In this document: piece by piece, positions 48,444 through 59,717 of the stretch | Layout of the letters: every line of letters begins with the position of its first letter | How positions within the stretch are numbered: position 1 is the stretch's first letter | Origin: Fimbriosthenelais zetlandica | Lineage: Eukaryota | Length of the DNA stretch: 64,000 nt | Assembly (NCBI GenBank): GCA_977030845.1 | Contig: OZ365118.1 | Coordinates: forward strand, 20,398,001 to 20,462,000 | Direction: 5' to 3' | Notes under the pieces: model-generated | What the model was told of the DNA's origin: nothing | Databases searched by the model: none | What the model saw: only the letters and a program-made list of their open reading frames with translations | Made by a program: the position numbers and the translations under genes

Positions 48444-51400
48444 AAGCCCCGAGCTGATTCTCTTACGGGTTTAAAGAAAAACTAACAGGAGACTGTTAAG
48501 CTGGATCCAAAAGCAGTAGGAAAATGGCTAATGTAAGAGTGTGTACACATGCCTTAACATGGTGGGTCGTGGTTATAGCAGGTAGAGGGGGGGGGGGGGG
48601 GGGTGGGGGCTCGTCCACGCATTAACCACACTGACTATAGCCTTTATACTCCTACATTTTAACCCTTTCTGCTCGCTGGACATGGCTTTGACTGGACATA
48701 AAAGCAGGATTGAGGGGTATTGATGGAATGGATGGAGACCTATTGTGTTTTATCCTGGCCTTTAACAGTGAAACCATGAGAGGGGAGAGATATGGACGAC
48801 AAGCGGATCAGGCTAACCCACTCGAAATCCTGCCCCACATTACACTACTAGTCTCTACATTATAATTCAAATTACCATCAAGGCATCTACGTGGATTGTA
48901 GGATTTCATAACCTCAGCAGAAAAAATTTCAACATATGAATTACATAAAGTGAACTAATCAAAATCACAATTGAAGTTAGGTTATTTAAAATACAGAGGG
49001 GTGAACTCTGTGCAGAGTTATATTCATTATAAATACATTTCCAAAAAATGTTGGTTATACATCATGTATTAATGTTCAATGTGAATATGATCCGAGCTAA
49101 TTTAAATATGGAATCAAGCCGGGTGATTCATGTATAAATGAATGAAGCAAGGTGGTAGATGATGGGTAAAAGATTAGCTTGACCTACAAGCAGGGCAGAT
49201 CACATTAGTCATTTAAAAACAGATTAAAAACAGATTCCTGAAGAATAAGGGAGAAAAATAATGACGAATTCGCGTGACTGCCAGCAAAACCTTGTTCTCC
49301 ACCACCCCACGTCATAAAACACCCAGCTGCATTTTTTTCAAATGAATCTCCAGTTCTTACAATCCAAATTGTAGCGGGGATTAATCCAAATAAAATTTAT
49401 GTAAGGAAAGCACCAATCATCCTGGTTTGTTCTTGAAATATCACCTTTACTTTAAATCAATCTTGAGGCTTCTGGGGAACTTGCAACAAAACGCAACAAA
49501 AATGTGAATAAATGACTGGGTGGATATAGCAGGGCAGGGAGCGTGTAGCAAGTTACATTAGAAGATTAATCAACAAGTGCCATGTCTAATGTATTTCCAG
49601 CCCACATCATTTTCACGGTAATTACTTTTCATTGTCATGGAAACGGACATCAATTTGTCGGTAGGAAAATGAGCATGACATCTGATGCCGGAGTAGCTGA
49701 GAATCATTTTACCAATCTATACCGCATTCATCCTCCTCTATCTACATCCCCAAATCAAAAACCCATTTTTTTTGGCAACTCTCGTTCAATCTGACAATTT
49801 TGTGGAAAAGAAACCCCATATCATTGAATCGGTTTCAATTTTCAATTGCCTCCATTTGCTATATAACCATGAGCCTACATAAAGGGTGAACCTATTTTTG
49901 GTCTTTTAAACAACACCACTTATGGCTGAATGATGGTGAAGGGATTGCCTCATGGCTGAGAGTATTTAGCCTATGTATACAGATTAGTATAATTCTAATC
50001 CTCACTTGACATTGGCTCATATATGGAGATTAGTGTGACAATCAGCTTATGGTGGGTATAATAAGAAGATGAAGTAAGGGATAATAACAAGGCCTGGATT
50101 AGTGGGAGGGGGAGGCTGGTATCTCTACCTTACACATGATCGCTAACCAGTCATCAACCATGTTAATATGGTTATCCCCGCTCCTCTCACTCTCCCCATC
50201 CCAAACTATCCCCCCTCTCTCTCCTCTCACTCTCCCTCCCTATGATGGCTATCTTCCTCTCCTCCCTCTTCCTATCCCCGTCCCAATCCCTAGTTATCCC
50301 CCTCCCTATGATGGCTATCCCCAGCCACCTCCACCCTCTTGTAAGCCAGTCATTACAACCCTTACAAATCTAACACTTAACAGACTCCAATAATCTCCTA
50401 CAAGTATACATCTATAGCAGGGCACTTTATAAGTAACTGATATATGTTCATGTGACAAAAACATGCATGTATGTAATGTATATCAGTGAGATATTCTGAC
50501 TAACGTCTAAGTGCAATACTAGCCATATTTCTGCCACAACCACAGTTTGTGGGATTTCAGAGTTAAAAAGAGCATTCTGTATGCACTGCCAGAGTGTAGA
50601 AAATCCTCAGGTGGTATTTACTAGTGTTAAGGAAAGAGAAAAGAGATGTATGAGCGGGGTTGATGCTAGCATATCGTGAGTCGCACCCACAGTGCTGGTA
50701 GTATTGCATGTCAGAGTAGTATGGAGGAAAGTGGAGGTGAAATGCCACCCAAACCACACTCCATAACTCCCCCACTCTACTACTACCTCACAGCTCCACA
50801 GGTATGTATCCAAGTTAAAAAAAACCATTTAACTAACAACAGATGAAGGGAATTTATACTCCACACATAAAAACAATGGGTATAGAGTTAAGGCAGCAGC
50901 TCGCTCGCTGAAAGGTCACTGGTGTAATTCCATGTTTTTCCAAGGAGGCGATAGCTCAGGTGTTTCTGGGATAACTCTTCAATTATCCACACTAATTGTT
51001 ACATTTATGTTTAAGGGTTCTTTATAGCTCTTATAGTTTTTACATTCATAACAGTCAGACAGCTGCTTATGATAAAAATCAGAAGGTTTTGCCCAGAGTA
51101 CAATCTTGGTGAAATCATATGCTGCTTCAGAGGGAGACAATATCAGGAAAAATCTCAAAATGAAAGCCGAGAGAGTAAACAAACAGATAGATGCGCGGGT
51201 ATAGTAATGATTGGCTGAAGGAAACACTGAGACGCAGTGCGGGGAGTGGTTAGGTTAACTGGATTACTTTGTGGGGGGTTGATGGTGCAGCAGACCCGGG
51301 TAATTTATATCATCTCCCTGCCTTTCTTCTTCCTTCAGAACCAAGATTGTTTTCACGCTGAGAATAGAAATAATCTATATATACAAGGTCTGCCCTACGA

Positions 51401-51924
51401 CTCGCCATGTATTATAGCTGTACATCAAAGCGTGGCGGATTTACAAGCCTCACCCGCACCCATACACCATCACTCCATCTTATACAATCTACACACATGG
51501 CCGCTGGTCAGTCATCCGCTCAAACCTCGGCTTTCATGTCAGGCCTTGACCATTACTAACCATTCTCCTACCACCCAATGTTCCCATGCTAAACCTCCAC
51601 ACTGCAGTACTAGTATAACGTGAAGCATTCATCAGTAGATTTGATTCAATTGTCAACTATAATCAATGTACAATCAATCACCATTTACTTTCATTTATCG
51701 CAGATATTTTTAAGACTTAAAACCGCGAGGAATTTTCTCCAAAGGAATTCAGAAGAAGGAAAATGCCAATGGCTGTTGCACAAAAGTGATAAGCGAAAAT
51801 TCCAATATTGATTTTTCTCACTTCACTTGAAATTCCTATAAGTGGATGAGGGTAGAAGGGCGAGGGTGCAAAGAGAGGGGGGCGGCGAAAGGTTGGCTGA
51901 AAGCCGTAGAGCAAGCACTCTGAT

Positions 51925-52030
51925 AGATTATACCCTCTAATAGTAAAGATTATACCCTCTAATAGTAAAGATTGTACCCTCTAATAGTAAAGATTATATC
52001 CTCTAATAATAAAGATTATACCCTCAAATA
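51925..52030. repeat. 22-bp tandem repeat AGATTATACCCTCTAATAGTAA, about 4.8 copies
   Basis: Directly visible. Confidence 0.93.
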
Positions 52031-52349
52031 TTGAAATGAAGATTTTACCTTCTAATGATGCTTTCATGAATCTAAAATCCCCAAACTATTTCATTGTCAA
52101 AAGACTCGGAACAACATAGAACAATAGCTGTTATTTTCTCTTTTATCAACAAAGCTGTTTGTGGCCTTGAAGGAGATAAGTATATGTATTCGTCTCTCGG
52201 GTAATGGGAGGCACGGGGGAGAGGTCTGTGTACATTAGAGTAGAGGTGTGGTATAGCTTTAGTAGATGACTATCATCCATTACATGAGCATCACTACGAT
52301 TGTTATGCTATCTGTGCTCATTGTGGATAAAGGTCAGGGATTCCATCCT

Positions 52350-52436
52350 GATCTAACCACCCTACAGATGTGCTTAGATCAAAATCTAACCACCCTCCAA
52401 ATGTGCTTAGATCAACTAACCACCCTCCAAATGTAC
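52350..52436. repeat. About 30-bp degenerate tandem repeat (CTAACCACCCTCCAAATGTGCTTAGATC), about 3 copies
   Basis: Directly visible. Confidence 0.8.
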
Positions 52437-54538
52437 AAGTGGAGAGAGAGACGGAGGGAGGGAGAGAGAGGGAGAGAGCAGTTTGATCACAGCTGTTACA
52501 TTCACACATGCATCTTACATAATATGATGACACCCACTCAAAGTGATCTAACCACTGATCTAACCTCTGATCTAACATGCAAATAAAGTTAGGTATCCCG
52601 TGGTGCATGCTATTCTCAGGGATGACATAGTGATACAGGCAAGAGGAGGGGAATGGAATATCTTCAGTTAAGATGGTGAATAAAGAACAAAGATTTAGGA
52701 AATAGATTTACAAGTATAGGCCTCTTTGAGGCAAGCAATCTAGAAGGGCAGACAACATTCTGGAGTGGAACCCAGGGCGTTTTAATCAGTAGTTAATCGT
52801 AAGAACAGAGCTTGTCTAATGTTTCCAGACAATATTGCGGGGCAGAGTAAAAGTCTTTGAGCTGATTTGTTTGTAATTTGGAGCGAGGCTCATACATATA
52901 ATGGCGACCGTTAGAAGCGGGCTTTTTTTGGTCTGGCATTTCACTCTGCTTCCCATACAAGGGTTAATGGTCCCCAATCTAGCCACCCTACTCACTGCTA
53001 TAAACCTTTCCTAAAATAGACCTTTACATCGGATCCCTTTTTTACCGTCAATGAGAGCAAGTGCAATTATTAGCGGATTTTGAACTCTTTAGTGTCTTTC
53101 AAATTATCTGCATGATAATGAATGAAAGAGTAGAAGAATATTACTCTCGAGAGGTACGAGTTCCCTGCTCTACTTGGGAGCAAATTTAATCTACTGATAT
53201 GCATTTAAATTTCCCCGAGGGGAAGTGGAGGAAACAGGTTGGATTTTTATCCATCTTTGATGGGCGAGTTTGGATATTAATTTTGTCATCTGGCAATATG
53301 CCAATTGTGGAGTGGTAGTGTAGGCAAAGTGTTATTTATTCCAGGTTAGCACGCGTTAAAATGACCTATAATATAAAGACTGGCTTTTTATGGGGGTCAA
53401 CAGCATACCCACCAATACATACACCCTAACAGGCTAAACCAGGGACCTTTACTAGCTTTAACTGAAATGGATTAAAATGAAATCCTGGGCCAAATCTCAA
53501 TTTCAACATACTACTTATCGATGGTCTATGTGATCTATGAAAATCACTGGATCTTTAGAGGTATTTCAGAATTTATTTCAAGTTGTGACATTTATTCAAA
53601 TTTTCATGAAGCAAATGCCGAGGCATATTGAGGATTTCTTGTGGGGACTGAACACATTTCAACCCATCATAATCTGGCTTTAGGCAGTCCAATGGCAAGC
53701 AGTTTTATATCTTCTGATGGGTGAAATATTATCTATATTTCATGGAGCAACACTTAACTGAATTATAATCTCCCGTACATAACAAGTTATGAAGGAATAT
53801 GACCCACATGCAGGCAATAATCCACAAAGAAATTAATGAAATTTACAGCACATTTCTCCCTTGTGTCACAGATTAAACAAGTCTGAATCATAGATAAAGG
53901 AGCGATACAGCAGTCAAACAAATAAAACATTATTAAAGGTCTGACTTATTGCTCTCTCTGCCTGTAAAAGTATCTACATTACCACAGCCGTACAGACCTA
54001 CTGTACCCTGGTCTGATTCTCACATTTAATTACAGATATTAAATGAAAATGAGAGAGAGATGAGGGGGTGAATGAATAACTTGTTGAAACAGTGAGGATA
54101 TTGCATCCACTCATGAAGAGCATAATAAATATCCCTCAATAAATGTAAGTCACCAAAGGTCAAATGAGCATGTGGCTATAAACTGCACTGTAGTTTAACC
54201 TTCCATATAAACTTTTAGAGGAAGAATTGCTCAGAAATGCTGAGGATTGGTATACAAAATAGAGTATGTATCGATTTTGTGTATATAATAGTGAGCTGGG
54301 TGCCAAAAAGCAAGACTTTACAAGTGTTTATGGTGGAGCCCCAGCATGTATGCTCAATATATAGGCCCTCCTAGAGCTGCTCACAGCCTTAACCCATTTC
54401 ACTGTGAGCAGTTCGCTCATGCGTGTCTACACTAAGAGAGAGCAGTATTACATATTTATTGAATAAGTCAGCCTGGGGAATGGTATAAAACACAAGCCCA
54501 CATTGGTATGCATGCCGTCTACATTATGTATTTTATAT

Positions 54539-54653
54539 AGTATAGAGCCTGTGTAGCATTGAGTATAGAGCCTGTGTAGCATTGAGTATAGAGCCTGTGT
54601 AGCATTGAGTATAGAGCCTGTGTAGCATTGAGTATAGAGCCTGTGTAGTATTG
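54539..54653. repeat. 23-bp tandem repeat AGTATAGAGCCTGTGTAGCATTG, 5 copies
   Basis: Four perfect copies and one with a substitution. Confidence 0.97.
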
Positions 54654-57600
54654 CTTTCATGCTCGTATCTTTCATACGCTATACTCTTAATGGAGTCAGA
54701 AAGGAGGCTGTTCAGACAAAGGGAAAAAACAATCCCTGTTTTCATTCGGTTCACCTATTACATGAATAATTTATGTTCCAATTATAGCAACTGTACAACA
54801 ATCTGGTAGAAAACGGTTACAAGAATTATTCAAGAAATGATTTTCAACTGAACAGTGAACAAGAAGGGGATTATTTGACTCGTCTACTAAGGCTCATCAA
54901 TTATCAGTGCGCTTAAACTTCATCAATACCTTAAGTAGACTAGATAAGACCATTTTTTGTGGTCTGAATAATATATTGAAGGGTAAATGTTTGCAAGTCT
55001 AGTGGCCGGCAAACTTGAACCAGTTTTAGACCAGGCAGGCAATGCACAATGTGAACCAATAAACATATATTTAGCTAATGAGACGTTGAGAGAGAGAGAG
55101 TGGTTAGAGGGATGAATGGTTAATAGATGACACATTGATAGATCAGGGAGGGGTAAACCTGGGATTGTTATGGTTCCTGAACCGGGGGAGTTATGTTGAG
55201 GAGTCCGAATCGACCAATTATATAGGACGGTAGATCCTTGGTCCGGGTAAGGAGGTATCCAGGGCTCGTCCACCGCACCCACTGATCCCATTCACCAGCC
55301 ATTTTAATCATTACCCCCCACGGTCCCTGAGGGCAGAAGCCCCCAGCAGGCCAGCCCATCAAAGGCGGGTGTAGAAAAAAAAGCTTAGTCAGGGGCAGCT
55401 TTGTCTTACAAGGGAACGTCACAGGAAAATTGATTGAGCACTGAAGGTGACCTCTAGTTATGTGTGGAGGTAGAGGGGTACAGTGGGCATCCTCCTCACA
55501 GACAAACCTGTACATTAAATCCAGGTCAAAATAGACGGCACAGAGACGATGGTTTTATGATGTCGTCAGAAACAATTGATCCCTGCCACTGAGGCCTCAT
55601 CCACACACCCGATGACTACAGCTGGATTTCAACCAGTCATAAAGTATGGTTTCACTCAGGCTGTGGGATGTACATATCATGTTCTTATTGCAATGTTGTG
55701 ATTCCACATTTAATACATTTCATTTTCATTATAACTGATTTCTCTCGGGTTTAATTCACATTACGGATGTTATAAATGCATTAAATTCATTTATGAGATT
55801 TAAATTGATGAAATATGAGATATGTTAGATATTAGAGCGAGGCTGGGGGGGGGGGGGGGGGGGGAGGAGCTATAGTGAGCAGCTCGCCTTTCATTATATA
55901 CGTGCTTCTCGCTACATTTGCCGCATCAGATGTTACCTTAGACAGCTCACCCTGCCACATGACCAGCATTCTCAAGCATACACCATTTATAATGCAACCA
56001 GAAGGCTATTTTCCAAACATACTGACAGGCTCTATCTACATGGGAATAATATTGATCAAGCTGATGTGAAATATCTCCACAAAATAAGAACAAATCTAGT
56101 CATTTCCGGAGTATATAATAAAGGGTTTTCAAAGGCACCACACCCTGTCTCCTACTACACAATATTCATCAATAAAATATGGGTGTGTTTTCTCACCTTC
56201 AGGAACATATATTTGAATAAAAAACACTTTAGGTTCACTATCTTCCTTTGTTGGTGATAGAATAACAAGGGGATGTTTATATACATGAGGAAAGTCCTTT
56301 TAAGACACGCATCATTTTTTGATGCGGCCTCAACTAGTGGAGTAATGAAGTTATGTGTTTAGTATATGTGGAGAGGCAAGCTTCAGTAATGATCACGCCT
56401 ACACTGAGCATTGTCTTCCGGGCCAGCAATGGTATGTACTTAGTACTTCATTCTTACAAGCCTATAGGTCCGGAAGGCCAGGCTTTCCCCCTTAATACTT
56501 GATATTAGCCGAGCACAATAGGATGAGGTATGATTAATTGATAGAGTACAGGGGCAAACTACAGTCTGCCGCGCTTATAGGGTTTGGACAGGCGAGCAAA
56601 TTGAAGCATTGATTGGATTGCACTTCCCAGGCCAACCATCTGTTTGCTGGAGCTACGTCTACTCAACGCATACTGAGGCGGTCTTACTGATCCCAATGGA
56701 GGAGGAAAGCTATCTCCACTCATTAACAGATTATGTAACATCTATTAAGGAAATTACCAGTAGAACTGTATGAAATGTAGAGTAGTCTGACACAAATTAG
56801 TGTGGAATTTCTAAGATTATCATAGGAATGCATTTTAAATGGAGAAAAGAGAATAAATATCCTCAACTAAGAATAATGAACAAGGCAAACTTAAAAGCAT
56901 CAATCCCAGATGATGAAGCCATAGTGGAGTAATGTAAATTGGGGATGATTTATGTCTAGACTGCGGGGGAATCCGGGTGAGGTGGGGTCTACTCGCCGGG
57001 GGAGTGAGTGAGTCGGTGATGAGTGAGTTATTACGAGGCGCTCAATACTCGCCTTTGATGAACTCGGAGCAGAAAATGGCCATGTGTAGAGACAGTGCTT
57101 CCTCCCGCCTGGCAATACTATCAAACACTTTCATTCTCAGATCAATTTTTAGCCACCTGACTAAATTACAACAAATCATCACCAGCCAAAACCAATACAT
57201 CAACGAACGTTAATAGGTAAGCTTCCAGTAGGAGAATATAGATACAATTATAAACTAACATATTGACACCGAATGGCAGATTTAAATACAAAAATTCAGT
57301 TCATATATAATTTATAAGTGCTTAACCCTTTTCAGTGAACTTTTACTACTTCATAGCCAAGAACAACACCACAAATATGATATATAATGAGATTAAATTT
57401 AAATTAAATTGACCTATCTTGCCTAACGTAATCTAGAGATTTCACAGCCCCTGAGTGTCCAATTTTCTATCTAATTCTCAGCCTTAATGAAGTTAGAGTA
57501 ATTAGTAAACAATTAGGTGATGATACACCCGGCGGTCTGCCTCTCCATGGTGTAACCTAATTAGCGGTGATCATAATAAGCTATCTCTACCCTTGACGGG

Positions 57601-58207
57601 CTAACATTTCATTTATATCTTCACATTTACCTCTCCTCTCTCAGTAAGTAGTGGTCAGCTGATATTAAACTACCATATCAATCCTCCCAGGATCTATATG
57701 AGTTAGTGGATGCCATGAGCAGCAGGCTGGTGGGTGGTGGTGGTGGGGGGGGGGGGGGGGAGAGACGGTGTGAGGAGATAAAGGGGGGAATTAGATGGGA
57801 GATTAACATGCAAGCTGGCATCCATTTATCAAAACAAGGCAGGATGAAGAATAATGGTGAATTAGTGGTTAAAACACGGCCGTAGTCCTGCCTTAAAGCG
57901 GCTCCATCATCACTGACTGAGGCGAGCAGGGAAATCACTGAACCCATCTGAACAGAAAGCTTTAAGGTGTGAACCCTCATTGGCTTAATGTGGATATATA
58001 AAACGGATGGTGGAGCTGAACTCGCAGTGTGAAATTCCACAGGGGGACATCAGTCGTGTAGGGCATTTGTAGGGCAATCAATAGGCCTCACCCAACACAC
58101 ACTCAATAGTCAGTCCATTACAAAGCAACATAAACATAGCCATATTGTGCTTCACTCAAACTTAAATTTAATCAACAAAACTTAAGTTTAATCAGATGAA
58201 TAGAATG

Positions 58208-58935
58208 CAGTGGTCGCGCTACCCATTCGCCACGTTCGCAAATGCGAAAAGAATTTGCATGTGGCGAAAATATTTTTAAGGTTATTCGCCACATTGGCGA
58301 ATCAAAATTCTTACTAACATACTCGACAATTTGCTAAATTTTCTTGGTTGCCCTTCGGGCAACCTGTTATAGAATTCTACTTCCCCTTTTCAAGAATCAC
58401 TGGATCCTACAGTCATAAGCATTTTTGGGAAAGTAAATAAAAATTCTTGCAGATTTGTGTTGTAGGCTATATAGGAACACGAACTTGGTGAAAGATTGCC
58501 TAAATCAAATCGTGACCTTGGTGTTATACCTAGAGCAAAAGAATTTTACCACAAATTACCGGTACAACTTCGCTTTCTAAGAGAAGAAGAGTGAATATAG
58601 AATGCCAAGGTAGAGGACAGAGGGTTATAGGCCTAGTATTCATGGTCGAAGATGTCGCTAATAGAGAGAAGTGGGTAACTTTAGGGGAGAGTGGGAAGGG
58701 CGGGATGGACGGGAGAAGAGATGAAGGGATCATGGTGTGGGAGGAAGGAAGGGAAAAATGGAGGGCACGAATAATTAGGGGATGGAGAAAAGGTGGGAGA
58801 GTCGAGGGAGGAGAGGTTAATAGGGGATGGGGGACATGAAAGTTTTGTGGCTAAAGACTTTTGATTGTGGCGAATATAAATTGAAAACCATTCGCCACAA
58901 TGGCGAATGGTTTTCAAACCCCAGCGCGAACACTG
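58208..58935. mobile_element. 728-bp non-autonomous DNA transposon (hAT-like termini) with 5-bp TSD
   Basis: TIRs CAGTGGTCGCGCT (58208-58220) and, reverse-complemented, CAGTGTTCGCGCT (58923-58935). GAATG directly flanks both ends (58203-58207, 58936-58940). Subterminal TTCGCCA/TGGCGAA motifs occur at both ends. Confidence 0.75.
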
Positions 58936-59063
58936 GAATGGATACAAGGTCTAAATTATCTTAAGCCAAAACAGTAGTCAGTGAATGAGTGAGTGAACAA
59001 TGTTTTAACGTCCAGAGGGCGAGTTTTCACAGCTCTATGCCAGGAGGAAACAAGCTGTTGGTC

Positions 59064-59717
59064 GGGGGTGTATTTTAGTAGTAGATGGTTCAGTTTTAGG
59101 ATTGTATGTTAGCAGTGGAGGGTTGTGGTATGTTGGCGGGGGAGGGTTAAGGTTTTAGGTTTTGTTTTTTAGGTGGGGGTGTATTTTAGTAGTAGATGGT
59201 TCTGTTTTGGGGTGGTATGTTAGCAGTGGAGGGTTGTGGTATGTTGGCGGGGGAGGGTTAAGGTTGTTGAGGGTGGTATGTTGGCGGGGGAGGGTTAAGG
59301 TTTTAGGTTTTGTTTTTTAGGTGGGGGTGTATTTTAGTAGTAGATGGTTCAGTTTGTGGGGTGGTATGTTAGCAGTGGAGGGTTGTGATATGTTGGCGGG
59401 GGAGGGTTAAGGTTGTTGAGGGTGGTATGTTGGCGGGGGAGGGTTAAGCTTGTTGAGGGTGGTATGTTGGCGGGGGAGGGTTAAGGTTTTAGGTTTTGTT
59501 TTTTAGGTGGGGGTGTATTTTAGTAGTAGATGGTTCAGTTTGTGGGGTGGTATGTTAGCAGTGGAGGGTTGTGATATGTTGGCGGGGGAGGGTTAAGGTT
59601 GTTGAGGGTGGTATGTTGGCGGGGGAGGGTTAAGCTTGTTGAGGGTGGTATGTTGGCGGGGGAGGGTTAAGCTTGTTGAGGGTGGTATGTTGGCGGGGGA
59701 GGGTTAAGGTTGTTGAG
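59064..59717. repeat. G/T-rich compound higher-order repeat: A-C, A-B-C, A-B-B-C, A-B-B-B
   Basis: A = 91-92 bp, B = 37 bp, C = 20 bp; block boundaries parsed base by base. Confidence 0.95.

Noticed and set aside
50129-50200. Minus-strand ...DWLAIMCK|GTAGAG as the missing PGAP2 first exon
   Set aside because: The phase and terminal Cys-Lys fit, but the upstream sequence is a purine-rich low-complexity tract with no transmembrane helix and the donor is weak.
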